From assembly GCA_041498715.1 (NCBI GenBank), contig JBGQIW010000004.1, positions 1 through 58,014 on the forward strand: DNA of 58,014 bases, written 5' to 3'. Below the pieces are notes generated by a model. The model had not been told where the DNA came from and did not search any database. It was given only the letters and a program-made list of their open reading frames with translations. Below, piece by piece: positions 45,208-55,030 of the stretch; the stretch's first letter is position 1; each line of letters begins with the position of its first letter. The DNA is from Gemmatimonadota bacterium. GTDB taxonomy: Bacteria > Gemmatimonadota > Gemmatimonadetes > Gemmatimonadales > GWC2-71-9. Made by a program: the position numbers and the translations under genes.

Positions 45208-45921
45208 ATGACCAACGCGAAAGCCGTCGTTCTGCTGAGCGGCGGGATCGACTCGGCCACCGCGGCCGCCATGACGAAAGCCCGCGGCTTCGATCTCTAC
45301 GCGCTCAGCTTCCGCTACGGCCAGCGGCACGCGCTAGAGCTGGAGGCGGCGCGGCGGGTCGCCGCCGGACTGGGCGTCGTCGGCCACGCGATCGTGGACA
45401 TCGACCTGCGCAGCTTCGGGGGGTCGGCGCTCACCGCCGACATTGCGGTGCCCAAAGACCGGCCGGCGGACGCAATCGGCACGGGGGTGCCGGTGACGTA
45501 CGTGCCCGCGCGGAACACGATCTTCCTCTCGTTCGCGCTGGCGTGGGCGGAGACCCTGGGCATCAACGATCTCGTCATCGGGGTGAACGCGCTGGACTAC
45601 AGCGGCTATCCGGACTGCCGGCCGGAGTACATCGCCGCCTTCCAGCACCTCGCCAATCTCGCCACCCGGGCGGGCACCGAGCTCAAGCAGCGGTTCACCA
45701 TCCACACCCCGCTCATCCTGCTGTCGAAGCGGGAGATCGTCGAGCGGGGCGCGGCGCTCGGGCTCGACTACGCGATGACCTTGAGCTGCTACGATCCGTC
45801 GGACGCGGGCGAGGCCTGCGGCCGTTGCGATGCATGCCAGCTGCGCCTCAAGGGCTTCCGGGAAGCGGGGCTCGAGGACCCGGCGAGGTATCAGACCACC
45901 GCGAGAGGCGTGAACAGTTGA
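45208..45921 (+). CDS. queC: 7-cyano-7-deazaguanine synthase
   Basis: SGGIDS, YVPARN, YPDCRPE, Zn motif SCY...CGRCDAC; TATGAT lies 6 nt upstream (leaderless). Confidence 0.95.
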   Translation: MTNAKAVVLLSGGIDSATAAAMTKARGFDLYALSFRYGQRHALELEAARRVAAGLGVVGHAIVDIDLRSFGGSALTADIAVPKDRPADAIGTGVPVTYVPARNTIFLSFALAWAETLGINDLVIGVNALDYSGYPDCRPEYIAAFQHLANLATRAGTELKQRFTIHTPLILLSKREIVERGAALGLDYAMTLSCYDPSDAGEACGRCDACQLRLKGFREAGLEDPARYQTTARGVNS

Positions 45922-45925
45922 CGCC

Positions 45926-46561
45926 ATGGCCTACTCGATAAAGGAAATCTTCTACACCCTCCAGGGCGAGGGGGCCCAGACGGGCCGCCCAGCGGTCTTC
46001 TGCCGCTTCGCCGGTTGCAACCTCTGGAGTGGCCGGGAGGCGGATCGGGCCACCGCCGTCTGCACCTTTTGCGACACCGATTTCGTGGACACTGACGGAC
46101 CGGGCGGGGGGCGGTTCGCGAGCGCAGCGGCCCTGGCCGCGGCCGCGGCGAACGCGTGGCCCGGCGACGCGGGCGGGGTGCCCTTCGTGGTGTGCACCGG
46201 CGGGGAGCCGCTGCTGCAGCTGGACGAGAGTCTCGTGCGCGCGCTCCACGCCCGGGGATTGGAGATTGCCGTTGAGACCAACGGGACCCGGGTGCCCCCG
46301 CCCGGGCTCGACTGGATCTGCGTCAGCCCCAAAGCAGGAGCGCAGCTGGTGCTCCGGCAGGGCGACGAGCTCAAGCTGGTCTACCCGCAATCCGGATTCG
46401 AGCCGGATCGGTTCGAGGCGCTCGAGTTCCGCCATTTCTTTCTCCAACCGATGGACGGCCCCGCGCGCGAGGCGAATACGGAGGCGGCGTTGCGCTACTG
46501 CCTGGCCCACCCGCGCTGGCGGCTCAGCCTGCAGACGCATAAGCTTCTCGGCATTCCGTAG
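45926..46561 (+). CDS. queE: 7-carboxy-7-deazaguanine synthase (Cx14CxxC radical SAM)
   Basis: TLQGEG, CNLWSGREADRATAVCTFC, TGGEP, ETNGT, LQTHK. Confidence 0.94.
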   Translation: MAYSIKEIFYTLQGEGAQTGRPAVFCRFAGCNLWSGREADRATAVCTFCDTDFVDTDGPGGGRFASAAALAAAAANAWPGDAGGVPFVVCTGGEPLLQLDESLVRALHARGLEIAVETNGTRVPPPGLDWICVSPKAGAQLVLRQGDELKLVYPQSGFEPDRFEALEFRHFFLQPMDGPAREANTEAALRYCLAHPRWRLSLQTHKLLGIP

Positions 46562-46589
46562 CCGGGCCTCCCGCCTCAACCGCCCACGC

Positions 46590-47201
46590 ATGCACGCCTA
46601 TTCCGACCGGATCAACCACGCCTTCGCTTTCGCGGCGAAACACCATCGCGGTCCCGGATCCGCGTCGCCGGGCAGTCTCGGCCATCCGGCCAACGTCGCG
46701 GTGATCCTCGCTCGGTACGCGTGCGACCAGCCCACCCTGGTCGCGGGCATCCTGCACCACGTGCTCGAGGACGCGCGGCCGGACCGGCGGGAGATGCTGG
46801 AGCACAAGGTCGTCGAGAAATTCGGGCCGGTTGTGCTCGCGATCGCCACTGATGCGTCTGAGCCCAAATACACGAGGCGCGGCGAGGACCGGCCGTGGCG
46901 GGCCTGCAAGCACGACTTCCTGGCGCACCTGGCGGTGGCGGAGCCGCGGGCGCTCGACATCATCACCGCCGACGAGATCCATCGCTGCGGGTCCACGATC
47001 GCGGCGCTCCGGCGCCTCGGCGCGGAGTATCTGGGAGCCTTCTCGCAGGCGACCTCGGAGGAGACGATCTGGTGGTACCGCTCCATGACCGAGGTGCTCG
47101 CCTCCCGGCCGGACTGGCCGCAGCGTGCGATGCTCGAGGAGATACGCACCCTCGCGGCGGACCTGGTCCGCAGCCTCCAGCAGAGCGAAGAGGAACTGTG
47201 A
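46590..47201 (+). CDS. HD-domain protein of RelA/SpoT-hydrolase (Mesh1-like) fold, with degenerate motifs
   Basis: AFAFAAKHH, HPANVA, AGILHHVLED, FGPVV, ADEIH, WWYR. Confidence 0.7.
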   Translation: MHAYSDRINHAFAFAAKHHRGPGSASPGSLGHPANVAVILARYACDQPTLVAGILHHVLEDARPDRREMLEHKVVEKFGPVVLAIATDASEPKYTRRGEDRPWRACKHDFLAHLAVAEPRALDIITADEIHRCGSTIAALRRLGAEYLGAFSQATSEETIWWYRSMTEVLASRPDWPQRAMLEEIRTLAADLVRSLQQSEEEL

Positions 47202-48712
47202 GACGCACGAGGGTCCGGCGCCTGGCCACGGCGCTCCTGTTGGGCACGCTGGCCGGGTGCCTGGGCCTGCCGCCGGCGCCGGCGCCCACGAATCCGATGC
47301 GGTTTCTTTCGATCAACGACGTCTACGTCGCCGATACTCTGGCGGACGGAACGGGCGGCCTGGCGCGCGTAGCGACGATGCGGGAACGGGTGCAGGCGGA
47401 GGGCCCGACCCTCTTCGTCCTCGCGGGCGACTTCCTCTCGCCCAGCCTGCTGAGCAAGTACTACGCTGGCCGCCAGATGGTCGAGGCCCTCAACGCCGCG
47501 AAGCTGGACTACGCCACGTTCGGCAACCACGAGTTCGAGCTGGCGGAGGACACGCTCGTCGCCCGGATCCACCTGGCGAACTTCAAAATGCTGTCGGCCA
47601 ACTGTCACAAGGCCAACGGCGACCCGTTCCCCGGCGTGATGAGCTGGGATACGCTCCGGCTCGCGAAGCGGAAGGTGGGCATCTTCGGGCTCACGCTGCA
47701 GGGCGACTACCCGGCCTATGTCCGGTGCGGCGATCCCGACAGCGCGGCCCGGTTCGTCGTCGACACGCTAATCCAGCAGGGCGCGGACTTCGTGGTGGCG
47801 CTCACCCATCAGACGGTCGAGGCGGACCGCGCGCTGCTCAACCGGGAAGGCCACCTCGACCTCATCCTCGGAGGCCATGAGCACGAGCACATGACCGTGG
47901 CGATCTCGTCGCGCTACATCCTCAAAGCGGACGCCAACTCCCGCAGCGCCCAGTTCGCCACCGTGTGGGGGGCCAAGGGCCAGTGGCGGGAGGCGGTGGC
48001 CCTGCTGCCCGTGACCCCAACGGTGGCCACGCTGGACTCGACCGTGGCGCGGGTCGTGGCCGCCTGGTCCGACAGTCTGCGCCGGCGGCTCGGACCGCAA
48101 CGGGTGCTGGGGACGATCGAGGCCCCGCTCGACGCGCGCGACGGCGTGCAGCGACGCCAGGAGACGGCCTTGGGCGACCTCGTCACCGATGCGATGCGGG
48201 CCGGGACCCGGGCAGACGCGGCCTTCCTGAACGCGGGAGCGCTCCGACTCGACGACATCCTCTTCCCGGGTCCCATCACCAATTACGACCTCGAATCGCT
48301 CTTTCTCTTCGCCGACGAGACCCGGGCGGTCACCGTCCCGCTCACCGGTGCGCGGGTGCGCGAGCTGCTTGAGCGGAGCGTGTCCGACGGGGTGATCGGC
48401 AAGGGCGGGTTCCTCCAGGTCTCCGGCGTCTCTTTCGCCTACGACCCCGCCCGGCCGTCGGGCAGCCGGATCGTGGGCGAGGTGGTCCGTCCCGACGGCG
48501 AGATCATCGAGCCCCGCGCCCGGCTGCAGGTGGCGCTGCCGGGCTATCTAGCCTGCCACGGCGGGGACGGTTACGCGGTCCCGGAGGCCGCCGGGGCCTG
48601 CGCCGGGCAAGACAGCGCCCCCCGGACGGTCGATCTGCTCGAGGCCTACATCACCGGTCCCTTGCACGGCAAGGTGGCCCCGCCCCCGGGCGAGCGGATC
48701 ACCCGCCGCTGA
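47198..48712 (+). CDS. Bifunctional metallophosphatase / 5'-nucleotidase lipoprotein
   Basis: Lipobox LAGC, INDVY, GDFLSPS, GNHEF, GGHEH, NAGALR, FLQVSG. Confidence 0.88.
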   Translation: MRRTRVRRLATALLLGTLAGCLGLPPAPAPTNPMRFLSINDVYVADTLADGTGGLARVATMRERVQAEGPTLFVLAGDFLSPSLLSKYYAGRQMVEALNAAKLDYATFGNHEFELAEDTLVARIHLANFKMLSANCHKANGDPFPGVMSWDTLRLAKRKVGIFGLTLQGDYPAYVRCGDPDSAARFVVDTLIQQGADFVVALTHQTVEADRALLNREGHLDLILGGHEHEHMTVAISSRYILKADANSRSAQFATVWGAKGQWREAVALLPVTPTVATLDSTVARVVAAWSDSLRRRLGPQRVLGTIEAPLDARDGVQRRQETALGDLVTDAMRAGTRADAAFLNAGALRLDDILFPGPITNYDLESLFLFADETRAVTVPLTGARVRELLERSVSDGVIGKGGFLQVSGVSFAYDPARPSGSRIVGEVVRPDGEIIEPRARLQVALPGYLACHGGDGYAVPEAAGACAGQDSAPRTVDLLEAYITGPLHGKVAPPPGERITRR

Positions 48713-48776
48713 CGCCGGCCGACTCCGGCCGGGAACGACTCGCCTCCGGCCGGGGCGCTAACTATCTTTGGGGCCA

Positions 48777-50129
48777 ATGGGTTTAACACCAACCCCCTCC
48801 GCGCTTGCCTCCCTCCCCAGCGCCTTCGCCGCCGCGTGCCGCCTATCCCGGACGGACGGGGAGCTGCTGGAGCGCTGCCGTGTGGCGCTGGTCCAGCGTT
48901 TCCAGAGCGAACGCATCTGGTTCACGCTGGTCGCACCCGAAGGCGACATGCCCCGGGTGGGGCCGGCGGAGGGATTCGAGGAGGCTGCGGAGATCGCCCG
49001 GCTCAAGAGCGGGGAGACGGAAGCGGTCGTCTACGCCGACTCCTCTGTGGCGTCCGACATGCGCGCGGTCGCCATGCCGCTCGTGCTGGGGCTCAGCGTC
49101 GTCTTCGAGCTGCGCGGCATTTTGCTCGACCGCCAGGCGGCCCTCGACGACGCCGTCTTCCAGCTGCGCGCGCTCCGGCAGGTCGCCCGCCTCCTCTCCT
49201 CCGTGCACTCCATCGAGGAGACCGAGCAGCTCATCCTCGATTTCATGGCCGAGGTGTTCTTCGCCTGGTGGGCCTGCCTCTACCGGCCCGATGGCGGCGC
49301 GTACTCGCCTAAGGTGTCGCGCTCGCTCGGCGATCGGCCCCAGCCCACTCCGATCGACCGGGCGGCGCTGGATCAGGCGCTGCCGCCGGGCAGCGCGTCG
49401 GTGGGCGCGGATGACGTGGCCGTGGCCACGCTCGTGGGCCAGGGGGCGGAGCTGGTCGTGCCGCTCGACGCCGGCTCCGAGCGAATGGCGGTGCTGGTAC
49501 TTGGCTCCCGGATCAGCAACAAGGGCTATGCGCGTGCCGAGCTCGAGCTCGCGGGGACGCTGTCGTTCGCGGCGGCCATTGCGCTCAAGAACTCCGAGCT
49601 GGTCGAGCAGCTCCACAGCGCCGCGACGACCGACGAGCTGACCGGCCTCTACAACCGCCGGGCTCTGGAGGAGCGGCTGGGCGCGGAAATCTCCCGGAGC
49701 CTCCGGCACCAGCTCCACACCAGCGTCCTCCTGCTCGACCTCGACCGGTTCAAAGTCGTCAACGATACCATGGGCCACGCCGCCGGCGACCGCCTGCTGG
49801 TGCTCGTCTCCAACGTGCTCCGGCAGCAGGCCCGGGCCCTCGACGTGGTTGGCCGCCTGGGCGGCGACGAGTTCCTCGTCATCCTGCCCATGACCAAGCC
49901 GACCGAAGCGCAGGTGTTCGTCTCCCGCGTACAAGCGAGCCTGGATGCCCTCGCCCGCACCCATCCCGAGTTCGGTCACTCCACCCTGAGCATCGGTATC
50001 GCGGAGTCGCCCCGCCACGGCACCACGGTGAGCGGCGTGCTGGCGGCCGCGGATACGGCGCTCTATCGAGCCAAGCGTGGAGGCCGGAATTCGGTCGAGA
50101 TCTCCGACGTCGAGGTCGGGGACGGCTAG
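48777..50129 (+). CDS. GAF-GGDEF diguanylate cyclase
   Basis: DELTGLYNRR, DRFKVVND, I-site RALD, GGDEF. Confidence 0.92.
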   Translation: MGLTPTPSALASLPSAFAAACRLSRTDGELLERCRVALVQRFQSERIWFTLVAPEGDMPRVGPAEGFEEAAEIARLKSGETEAVVYADSSVASDMRAVAMPLVLGLSVVFELRGILLDRQAALDDAVFQLRALRQVARLLSSVHSIEETEQLILDFMAEVFFAWWACLYRPDGGAYSPKVSRSLGDRPQPTPIDRAALDQALPPGSASVGADDVAVATLVGQGAELVVPLDAGSERMAVLVLGSRISNKGYARAELELAGTLSFAAAIALKNSELVEQLHSAATTDELTGLYNRRALEERLGAEISRSLRHQLHTSVLLLDLDRFKVVNDTMGHAAGDRLLVLVSNVLRQQARALDVVGRLGGDEFLVILPMTKPTEAQVFVSRVQASLDALARTHPEFGHSTLSIGIAESPRHGTTVSGVLAAADTALYRAKRGGRNSVEISDVEVGDG

Positions 50130-50142
50130 CGCCCCGCACCGC

Positions 50143-50688
50143 ATGCCCGATCCGGAGTTCACGCTACTCGGCGACGCCTGCTGGCTCGATTTCGTCAACA
50201 CGACCCGCGGCCGCATGGCGGCGCCGCCCGACCTCCTGCCCGATCCCGGCGCGTATCATCGCTGGACCAAGGCCGAGAAGCTGACGTCGGACGTGGAGAC
50301 CGTCCCGTTCGCCGAGATCCTCGCGTTCCGGCGCGAGCTCATCGGGCTGGGGGAAGCCCTGCAGGCTGACCGCCAGCCCCCGGCCTCCGCGATCGCCGCG
50401 ATCAACGCCCGCCTTGCCGCGCAGCGGGGCCACGAACGGCTGGTGCGGACGGCCGGAACCTGGCAGGTGGACTTCGCCCCCGAGCAAGCGGGAGCGGCGC
50501 TGGACGCGATCGCCCGCTCGGCGGCCTTCACGCTGGCCGATCGGACCCACACCGTGCGGCAGTGCGCGGCCGATCACTGCTCGCTCCTGTTCCTCGACGC
50601 CTCCCCCACTCAGAGCCGGCGCTGGTGCAGCTCCGCGGTGTGCGGCGGGCGGGGCCGCATCGAGCGCCGGCGCGGGCTGCAGCGATGA
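50143..50688 (+). CDS. ABATE / CGNR zinc-finger protein
   Basis: LDFVNT; C-x4-C...RRWC-x4-CG. Confidence 0.85.
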   Translation: MPDPEFTLLGDACWLDFVNTTRGRMAAPPDLLPDPGAYHRWTKAEKLTSDVETVPFAEILAFRRELIGLGEALQADRQPPASAIAAINARLAAQRGHERLVRTAGTWQVDFAPEQAGAALDAIARSAAFTLADRTHTVRQCAADHCSLLFLDASPTQSRRWCSSAVCGGRGRIERRRGLQR

Positions 50689-52442
50689 GCGCCCCCGATC
50701 CCGTCGCCGCCTTTCAGGCCGCCGAGGCGGCGGTCGGGGCCCGCTACAAGCTGGAGCGCTTGGTCGCGGCCAACCGTGACCGGGTGCTGTTCCTCGCGCT
50801 GGATCAGGTGCTCAGACGGCGCGTGAGCCTGCGGCTCAACTTCTACTCCGACGAGCCGACCCGCGCCTGGTTCCTGCGCGAGGCCGAAGCGCTGGGCCAG
50901 CTCGACCATCCCGCGATCCGCCACGTCTATGACGTCGGCACGGCCGGGACTCTCGCCTACCGGGTCGGCAACTGGGTCGACGGCGAAGGTCTCCAGGAGG
51001 CGGTGCAGCGCGGCCCCCGACCGATCCCGACGGTACACACGCTCGCCCGGGACCTGCTGAGCGCGATGGAGCACGCGCACGCCCGGGGGATCATCCTCCG
51101 GCGGGTCGTGCCCCCGTCGCTGATCGTGAATCCGGCCGGGCGGGCGACGATCACCGACGTCCGGTTCAGCAGTTGGACCCTGCCGGTGATTCCGTCGGAC
51201 GCCGTGCCCACCCAACAGGCGTTCATGGCGCCGGAGGCCCGCGGAGGAGCCGCGGGCGATCCCGCGAGCGACGTCTACACCGCGGGCGGGCTCCTCTACT
51301 ACGCCATCACCGCGCAGGAGCCGCCCCTCGACGTGCGGGACCTCCGTCTGCCCTCCGCATTGCGGCCCAACTGTCCCCGTGCGCTCGAACGGGTGATCGT
51401 CCGGGCGCTGCGTCCGGCACCGGAGGACCGCTATCTCACCGCCGTGGAGATGCTGGAGGACTTCGCGTCGGAAGCCGGCACGTTCGAGACGCCGGTGGTG
51501 ACGCCGATCGCCGGCGTGCCCGCCTTGCTCGAGGGGGAAGACCGGGCTCGGTGGGAGAAGCGCCTGCGCCGCGCGCTGGGCGACGACTACGAGCTGCTGG
51601 GCCAGCTGGGGCAAGGCGGCTTCGGACGGGTGTATCGGGTGCGCGACCTCCATCTGGAACGCGAGGTGGCGCTCAAGGTGCTGCACCCGCTGCTCACCCA
51701 GGAGCCCGCCGTGGTGGAGCGCTTCCGGCGCGAGGCCCAGCTCGCCGCCCGGCTCAACCACCCGAACATCGTCAACATCTACGATATCTCCGGGCGCTCG
51801 GGGCTGATCTGGTACACCATGGAGCTGATCAACGGCCCGAGCCTGGCGCAGCTGGTCGAGCGCGAGGGCCCCCTGCCGCTGGACAAGGTCCTCAGGCTGC
51901 TGCGCGAGGCGCTGTCGGCTCTGGCTCACGCCCACGGCTCGGGGCTGGTGCACCGCGACATCAAGCCGGAGAACATGCTGATCGAGCCCGACGGCAGCTT
52001 GCGCATCACCGACTTCGGGCTGGCGCTCGCGCTGCGCGGTGCCGGCAAGTACGGCGGTGCGACCAGCCAGAGCGGGACGCCCCAGTTTGCAAGCCCCGAG
52101 CAGCTGCTGGGGGAACGGGTGGACCAGCGGTCGGATCTCTACAGCCTCGCCGCGGTGGCGTACTTCGCGCTGCTCGGGACCGCGCCCTTCCCCGGCGTGA
52201 CGCCGGAGCAGGTCCTGGCCCGCCAGACGACCAACCAGTTTCCAGTCACCGACGGGTTGCGGGAGGACGTGCCGCCGGCGCTGTGGGAGGTGCTGGACCG
52301 CGCGCTCCGCGCGGAGGTGGACGCCCGCTATCCCTCGGCGGCCGAGTTCCTTCAGGCGCTCAACCGGGCAGCCGGCGGCGGCGGTTCACGTCGGCAGGGC
52401 GGCGACCTGGCCCGGGTGGCGGCCCGATGGCTCAAGATCTGA
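50685..52442 (+). CDS. Tandem pseudokinase-kinase Ser/Thr protein kinase
   Basis: C-terminal domain has GQGGFG, VALK, HRDIKPEN and DFG; the N-terminal kinase fold lacks these motifs. Confidence 0.88.
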   Translation: MSAPDPVAAFQAAEAAVGARYKLERLVAANRDRVLFLALDQVLRRRVSLRLNFYSDEPTRAWFLREAEALGQLDHPAIRHVYDVGTAGTLAYRVGNWVDGEGLQEAVQRGPRPIPTVHTLARDLLSAMEHAHARGIILRRVVPPSLIVNPAGRATITDVRFSSWTLPVIPSDAVPTQQAFMAPEARGGAAGDPASDVYTAGGLLYYAITAQEPPLDVRDLRLPSALRPNCPRALERVIVRALRPAPEDRYLTAVEMLEDFASEAGTFETPVVTPIAGVPALLEGEDRARWEKRLRRALGDDYELLGQLGQGGFGRVYRVRDLHLEREVALKVLHPLLTQEPAVVERFRREAQLAARLNHPNIVNIYDISGRSGLIWYTMELINGPSLAQLVEREGPLPLDKVLRLLREALSALAHAHGSGLVHRDIKPENMLIEPDGSLRITDFGLALALRGAGKYGGATSQSGTPQFASPEQLLGERVDQRSDLYSLAAVAYFALLGTAPFPGVTPEQVLARQTTNQFPVTDGLREDVPPALWEVLDRALRAEVDARYPSAAEFLQALNRAAGGGGSRRQGGDLARVAARWLKI

Positions 52443-52538
52443 CGCTACTTGACGAAACGTCTGTTTCATACATATTTGAGCGCGGATTTTCGGCATCGGT
52501 GTTTCTTTGCCCCCAGTCATCCGATAGACCAGGAATCG

Positions 52539-52578
52539 AAAGGCCCGGGCTGATCGCCCTGGGTCTTTTCGTCTTTTT
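52539..52578 (+). terminator. Terminator-like hairpin upstream of the csp gene
   Basis: AAAGGCCCGGGC/GCCCUGGGUCUUU plus UCGUCUUUUU. Confidence 0.55.
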
Positions 52579-52669
52579 GTGTCGCGGGACAGGCCCGCGC
52601 TCACAAGAGCTCGGCCAGCCGGACTTTCCCGGTCGCCGAGGGTAGCCTACACAACGCGGAGTAGTCGCA

Positions 52670-52882
52670 ATGGCTCGCACCATCGGCACGGTCAAGTGGT
52701 TCAACGACGCGAAGGGCTTCGGATTCATCACTCCGGAGAACGGGGACAAGGATTGTTTCGTCCATCACACGGCGATCAAGATGGACGGGTTCCGCAGCCT
52801 CGCGGAGGGCGAGCGGGTCGAGTTCGACATCGTGCAGGGTGCGAAGGGCCCCGCAGCCGAGAACGTCACCAAGGCCAAGTAA
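52670..52882 (+). CDS. cspA: Cold-shock protein
   Basis: [30 protein letters not shown]. Confidence 0.95.
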   Translation: MARTIGTVKWFNDAKGFGFITPENGDKDCFVHHTAIKMDGFRSLAEGERVEFDIVQGAKGPAAENVTKAK

Positions 52883-52905
52883 GCGGGGTCGCTCCGGCAA
52901 CAACA

Positions 52906-52937
52906 ACGGCGGGCCGCTCGCGCGAGCGGCCCGCCGT
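52906..52937. terminator. Perfect 32-bp palindrome between convergent csp and infA (likely bidirectional terminator)
   Basis: ACGGCGGGCCGCTCGC|GCGAGCGGCCCGCCGT. Confidence 0.65.
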
Positions 52938-52964
52938 ATCGCTTGGAGGGAGGGCTGGCGGAGG

Positions 52965-53183
52965 CTACTTGTGCCGGTAGATGACCCGCCCGCGGGTGAG
53001 GTCGTAGGGGGACAGCACGACGCTCACGCGGTCCCCCTCGAGCACCCGGATCTTGAACTTGCTCATCTTGCCCGCCGCGTAGGCCAGGACTTCGTGCCCG
53101 TTCTCCAGCAGGACCCGATAGTTCCGGTCCGGCAGAACTTCAGTCACGACGCCTTCCATCTCGATGCCCTCTTCCTTCGCCAT
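52965..53183 (-). CDS. infA: Translation initiation factor IF-1
   Basis: [13 protein letters not shown]...[13 protein letters not shown]. Confidence 0.96.
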   Translation of the reverse strand: MAKEEGIEMEGVVTEVLPDRNYRVLLENGHEVLAYAAGKMSKFKIRVLEGDRVSVVLSPYDLTRGRVIYRHK

Positions 53184-53245
53184 CCGCTTGCTCCCATGAA
53201 GACGGGCTGAATCTCGCCGTTGAGTCGCCGGGAAGCAACCTCTCG

Positions 53246-54967
53246 CTAACGGCCCGCGCGCGGCGGGATCTCCGCCCGAAGCGCTTCGATCCGCTCTTCG
53301 ACCGGCGCCACCAGCTCCTCCATCAGCCCGGTGTCGAAGGACAGCCGCGCGCCGGCGGTCGCGTAGATCTCGGGCAGCGGTCGCGTCGCCCCCAGCGCAA
53401 GCGCGTCGCGGTACCGCGCCACCGCCGATGCCGGATCATGGAGACTGTTCCGCCAGACCTGGAGCGCCCCCAGCTGCGCGATGCCGTACTCGATGTAGTA
53501 GAAGGGGTAGAGGAACACATGGAGTTGCCGATACCACCGGGCGATGCGCTCCGCGTCCAGACCGCTCCAGTCCACGCCGCGCTCGAACCGGGCGCGAATC
53601 CGGAGCCAGGCCTGGTCACGTGCCTCGGCATCGTCGCCTTGGCCGCTCGTGTAAATCCAGTGCTGGAATGCGTCGATGGAGGCGATGTGCGCCAGCGCGA
53701 TGAGGATGTCTTCCAGGTGCTCGATGGCCGCGGAGCGCGCCTCATCGGGCGTGAAGAACCCTCCTGGGCCGGTGAGGTGAGGCGCGGCGAGCAGCTCCAT
53801 GGACATGGACGCCAGCTCGGCCGCCTCCGACCCGGTGTGGCGCTGCCAGATGAACGGCTGCGGGTGCGAGGCGAACGCGTGGAAGGCATGCCCGGCCTCG
53901 TGGAGCAGCGTGTTCACGTCGTCGACCAATCCCACCGCGTTCATGAAAATGAAAGGACGCCCCCGATGCTGCAGCGTCTCGCAGTAGCCGCCCGGCGCCT
54001 TGCCCTTCCGGCTCTCCAGATCGAGCAGGCCGCAGTCGATCATCGTCTGGAACTCGGCCCCGAGCTCGGGCGAGACGCGGGCGAACGCGTCCCGGGCCTT
54101 GGCGACCAGCTCGTCCGCGGTGCGGAACGGCCGGAGCGGTTGGTCGCGGTACGGATCGACCTGCAGGTCCCACGGGCGGAGCCGGTCCAGCCCGAGCCGG
54201 CGCCGACGCTGGCCCAGGAGCCGCTCGACCGCGGGGACCACCGTGCGCTCCACCGCATCGTGGAATCGCTCGCAGTCCGCGGGGGTATAGTCGAAGCGGA
54301 ACTTGGCGGGGAACACGTAGTCCCGGAAATTCGCAAATCCGGCGTTCCGCGCGGCCTGCTGCCGGAGGCGGTACATCGTGTCGAACAGCGAGGCCATCGC
54401 GTCCCGCTGCCCCAGGTAGGGCGCGGTCCCGGCGCGCCAGGCCCGCTCACGAATCGCCCGGTCCGGACTCTTCAGGAACGGGAGCAGTTGCGGAAGAGGC
54501 CGTAGCTCGCCCTCCCACTCCGCCGTCATCGACCCGGTGATCCGCTGGTAAGTGGCGCAGTGCTGCTCGACCTCGGCGAACAGCGGGACGTTCGCCTCCC
54601 GGAAGATCTCGATCGAGGTGCGGAAGCGCTGGATCGTCGTCACGAGGTCGGGGCGGGAGTAACCGGAGGCGACCAGGCGCCTGGCGAGCGCGACGCTCTT
54701 TTCCTCCGCGCGAGGGAGGATCTCGGTGGAGAACCGGAGGTGGTCGGCCTCCTTCTCGGCGTTGCCCGTGTCGATCGTGTAGCCGATCATCGCGAGGGCC
54801 GCCGCTTCCGTGAGCAGCTCCTCCAGCGTGGACCAGTCCCGCAGCCATGCCTCCATTGCCCCCGGCTCGAGCGGGCGCTCGGCCAGCTCGTCGTAGTAAG
54901 GGGCGACCTCATCCCACGCTGCCTTGGTGAAGGCGTCGGGGGAGGAAGGCAGGGCGGAAACAGTCAC
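53246..54967 (-). CDS. M3B oligoendopeptidase F
   Basis: [39 protein letters not shown]; GTG start after GAGG. Confidence 0.9.
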   Translation of the reverse strand: MTVSALPSSPDAFTKAAWDEVAPYYDELAERPLEPGAMEAWLRDWSTLEELLTEAAALAMIGYTIDTGNAEKEADHLRFSTEILPRAEEKSVALARRLVASGYSRPDLVTTIQRFRTSIEIFREANVPLFAEVEQHCATYQRITGSMTAEWEGELRPLPQLLPFLKSPDRAIRERAWRAGTAPYLGQRDAMASLFDTMYRLRQQAARNAGFANFRDYVFPAKFRFDYTPADCERFHDAVERTVVPAVERLLGQRRRRLGLDRLRPWDLQVDPYRDQPLRPFRTADELVAKARDAFARVSPELGAEFQTMIDCGLLDLESRKGKAPGGYCETLQHRGRPFIFMNAVGLVDDVNTLLHEAGHAFHAFASHPQPFIWQRHTGSEAAELASMSMELLAAPHLTGPGGFFTPDEARSAAIEHLEDILIALAHIASIDAFQHWIYTSGQGDDAEARDQAWLRIRARFERGVDWSGLDAERIARWYRQLHVFLYPFYYIEYGIAQLGALQVWRNSLHDPASAVARYRDALALGATRPLPEIYATAGARLSFDTGLMEELVAPVEERIEALRAEIPPRAGR

Positions 54968-55030
54968 CGGGTTCCTCGAGTCGCGGAATCCGGGATGATG
55001 GCGGGACTCGGTCGACAATTCAAGCGGGGA

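Noticed and set aside
45208-46561. que genes as a Dpd 7-deazaguanine DNA-modification system
   Set aside because: There are no dpdA/tgt-like or defence genes nearby; the context fits tRNA queuosine synthesis.
44701-47197. Apparent N-terminal extensions or fusions of queC, the HD protein and the nucleotidase
   Set aside because: These are open frames running back through upstream genes; the true starts are at 45208, 46590 and 47198.
48722-48754. CTCCGGCCGGG direct repeat
   Set aside because: Only two short GC-rich copies, plausible by chance.
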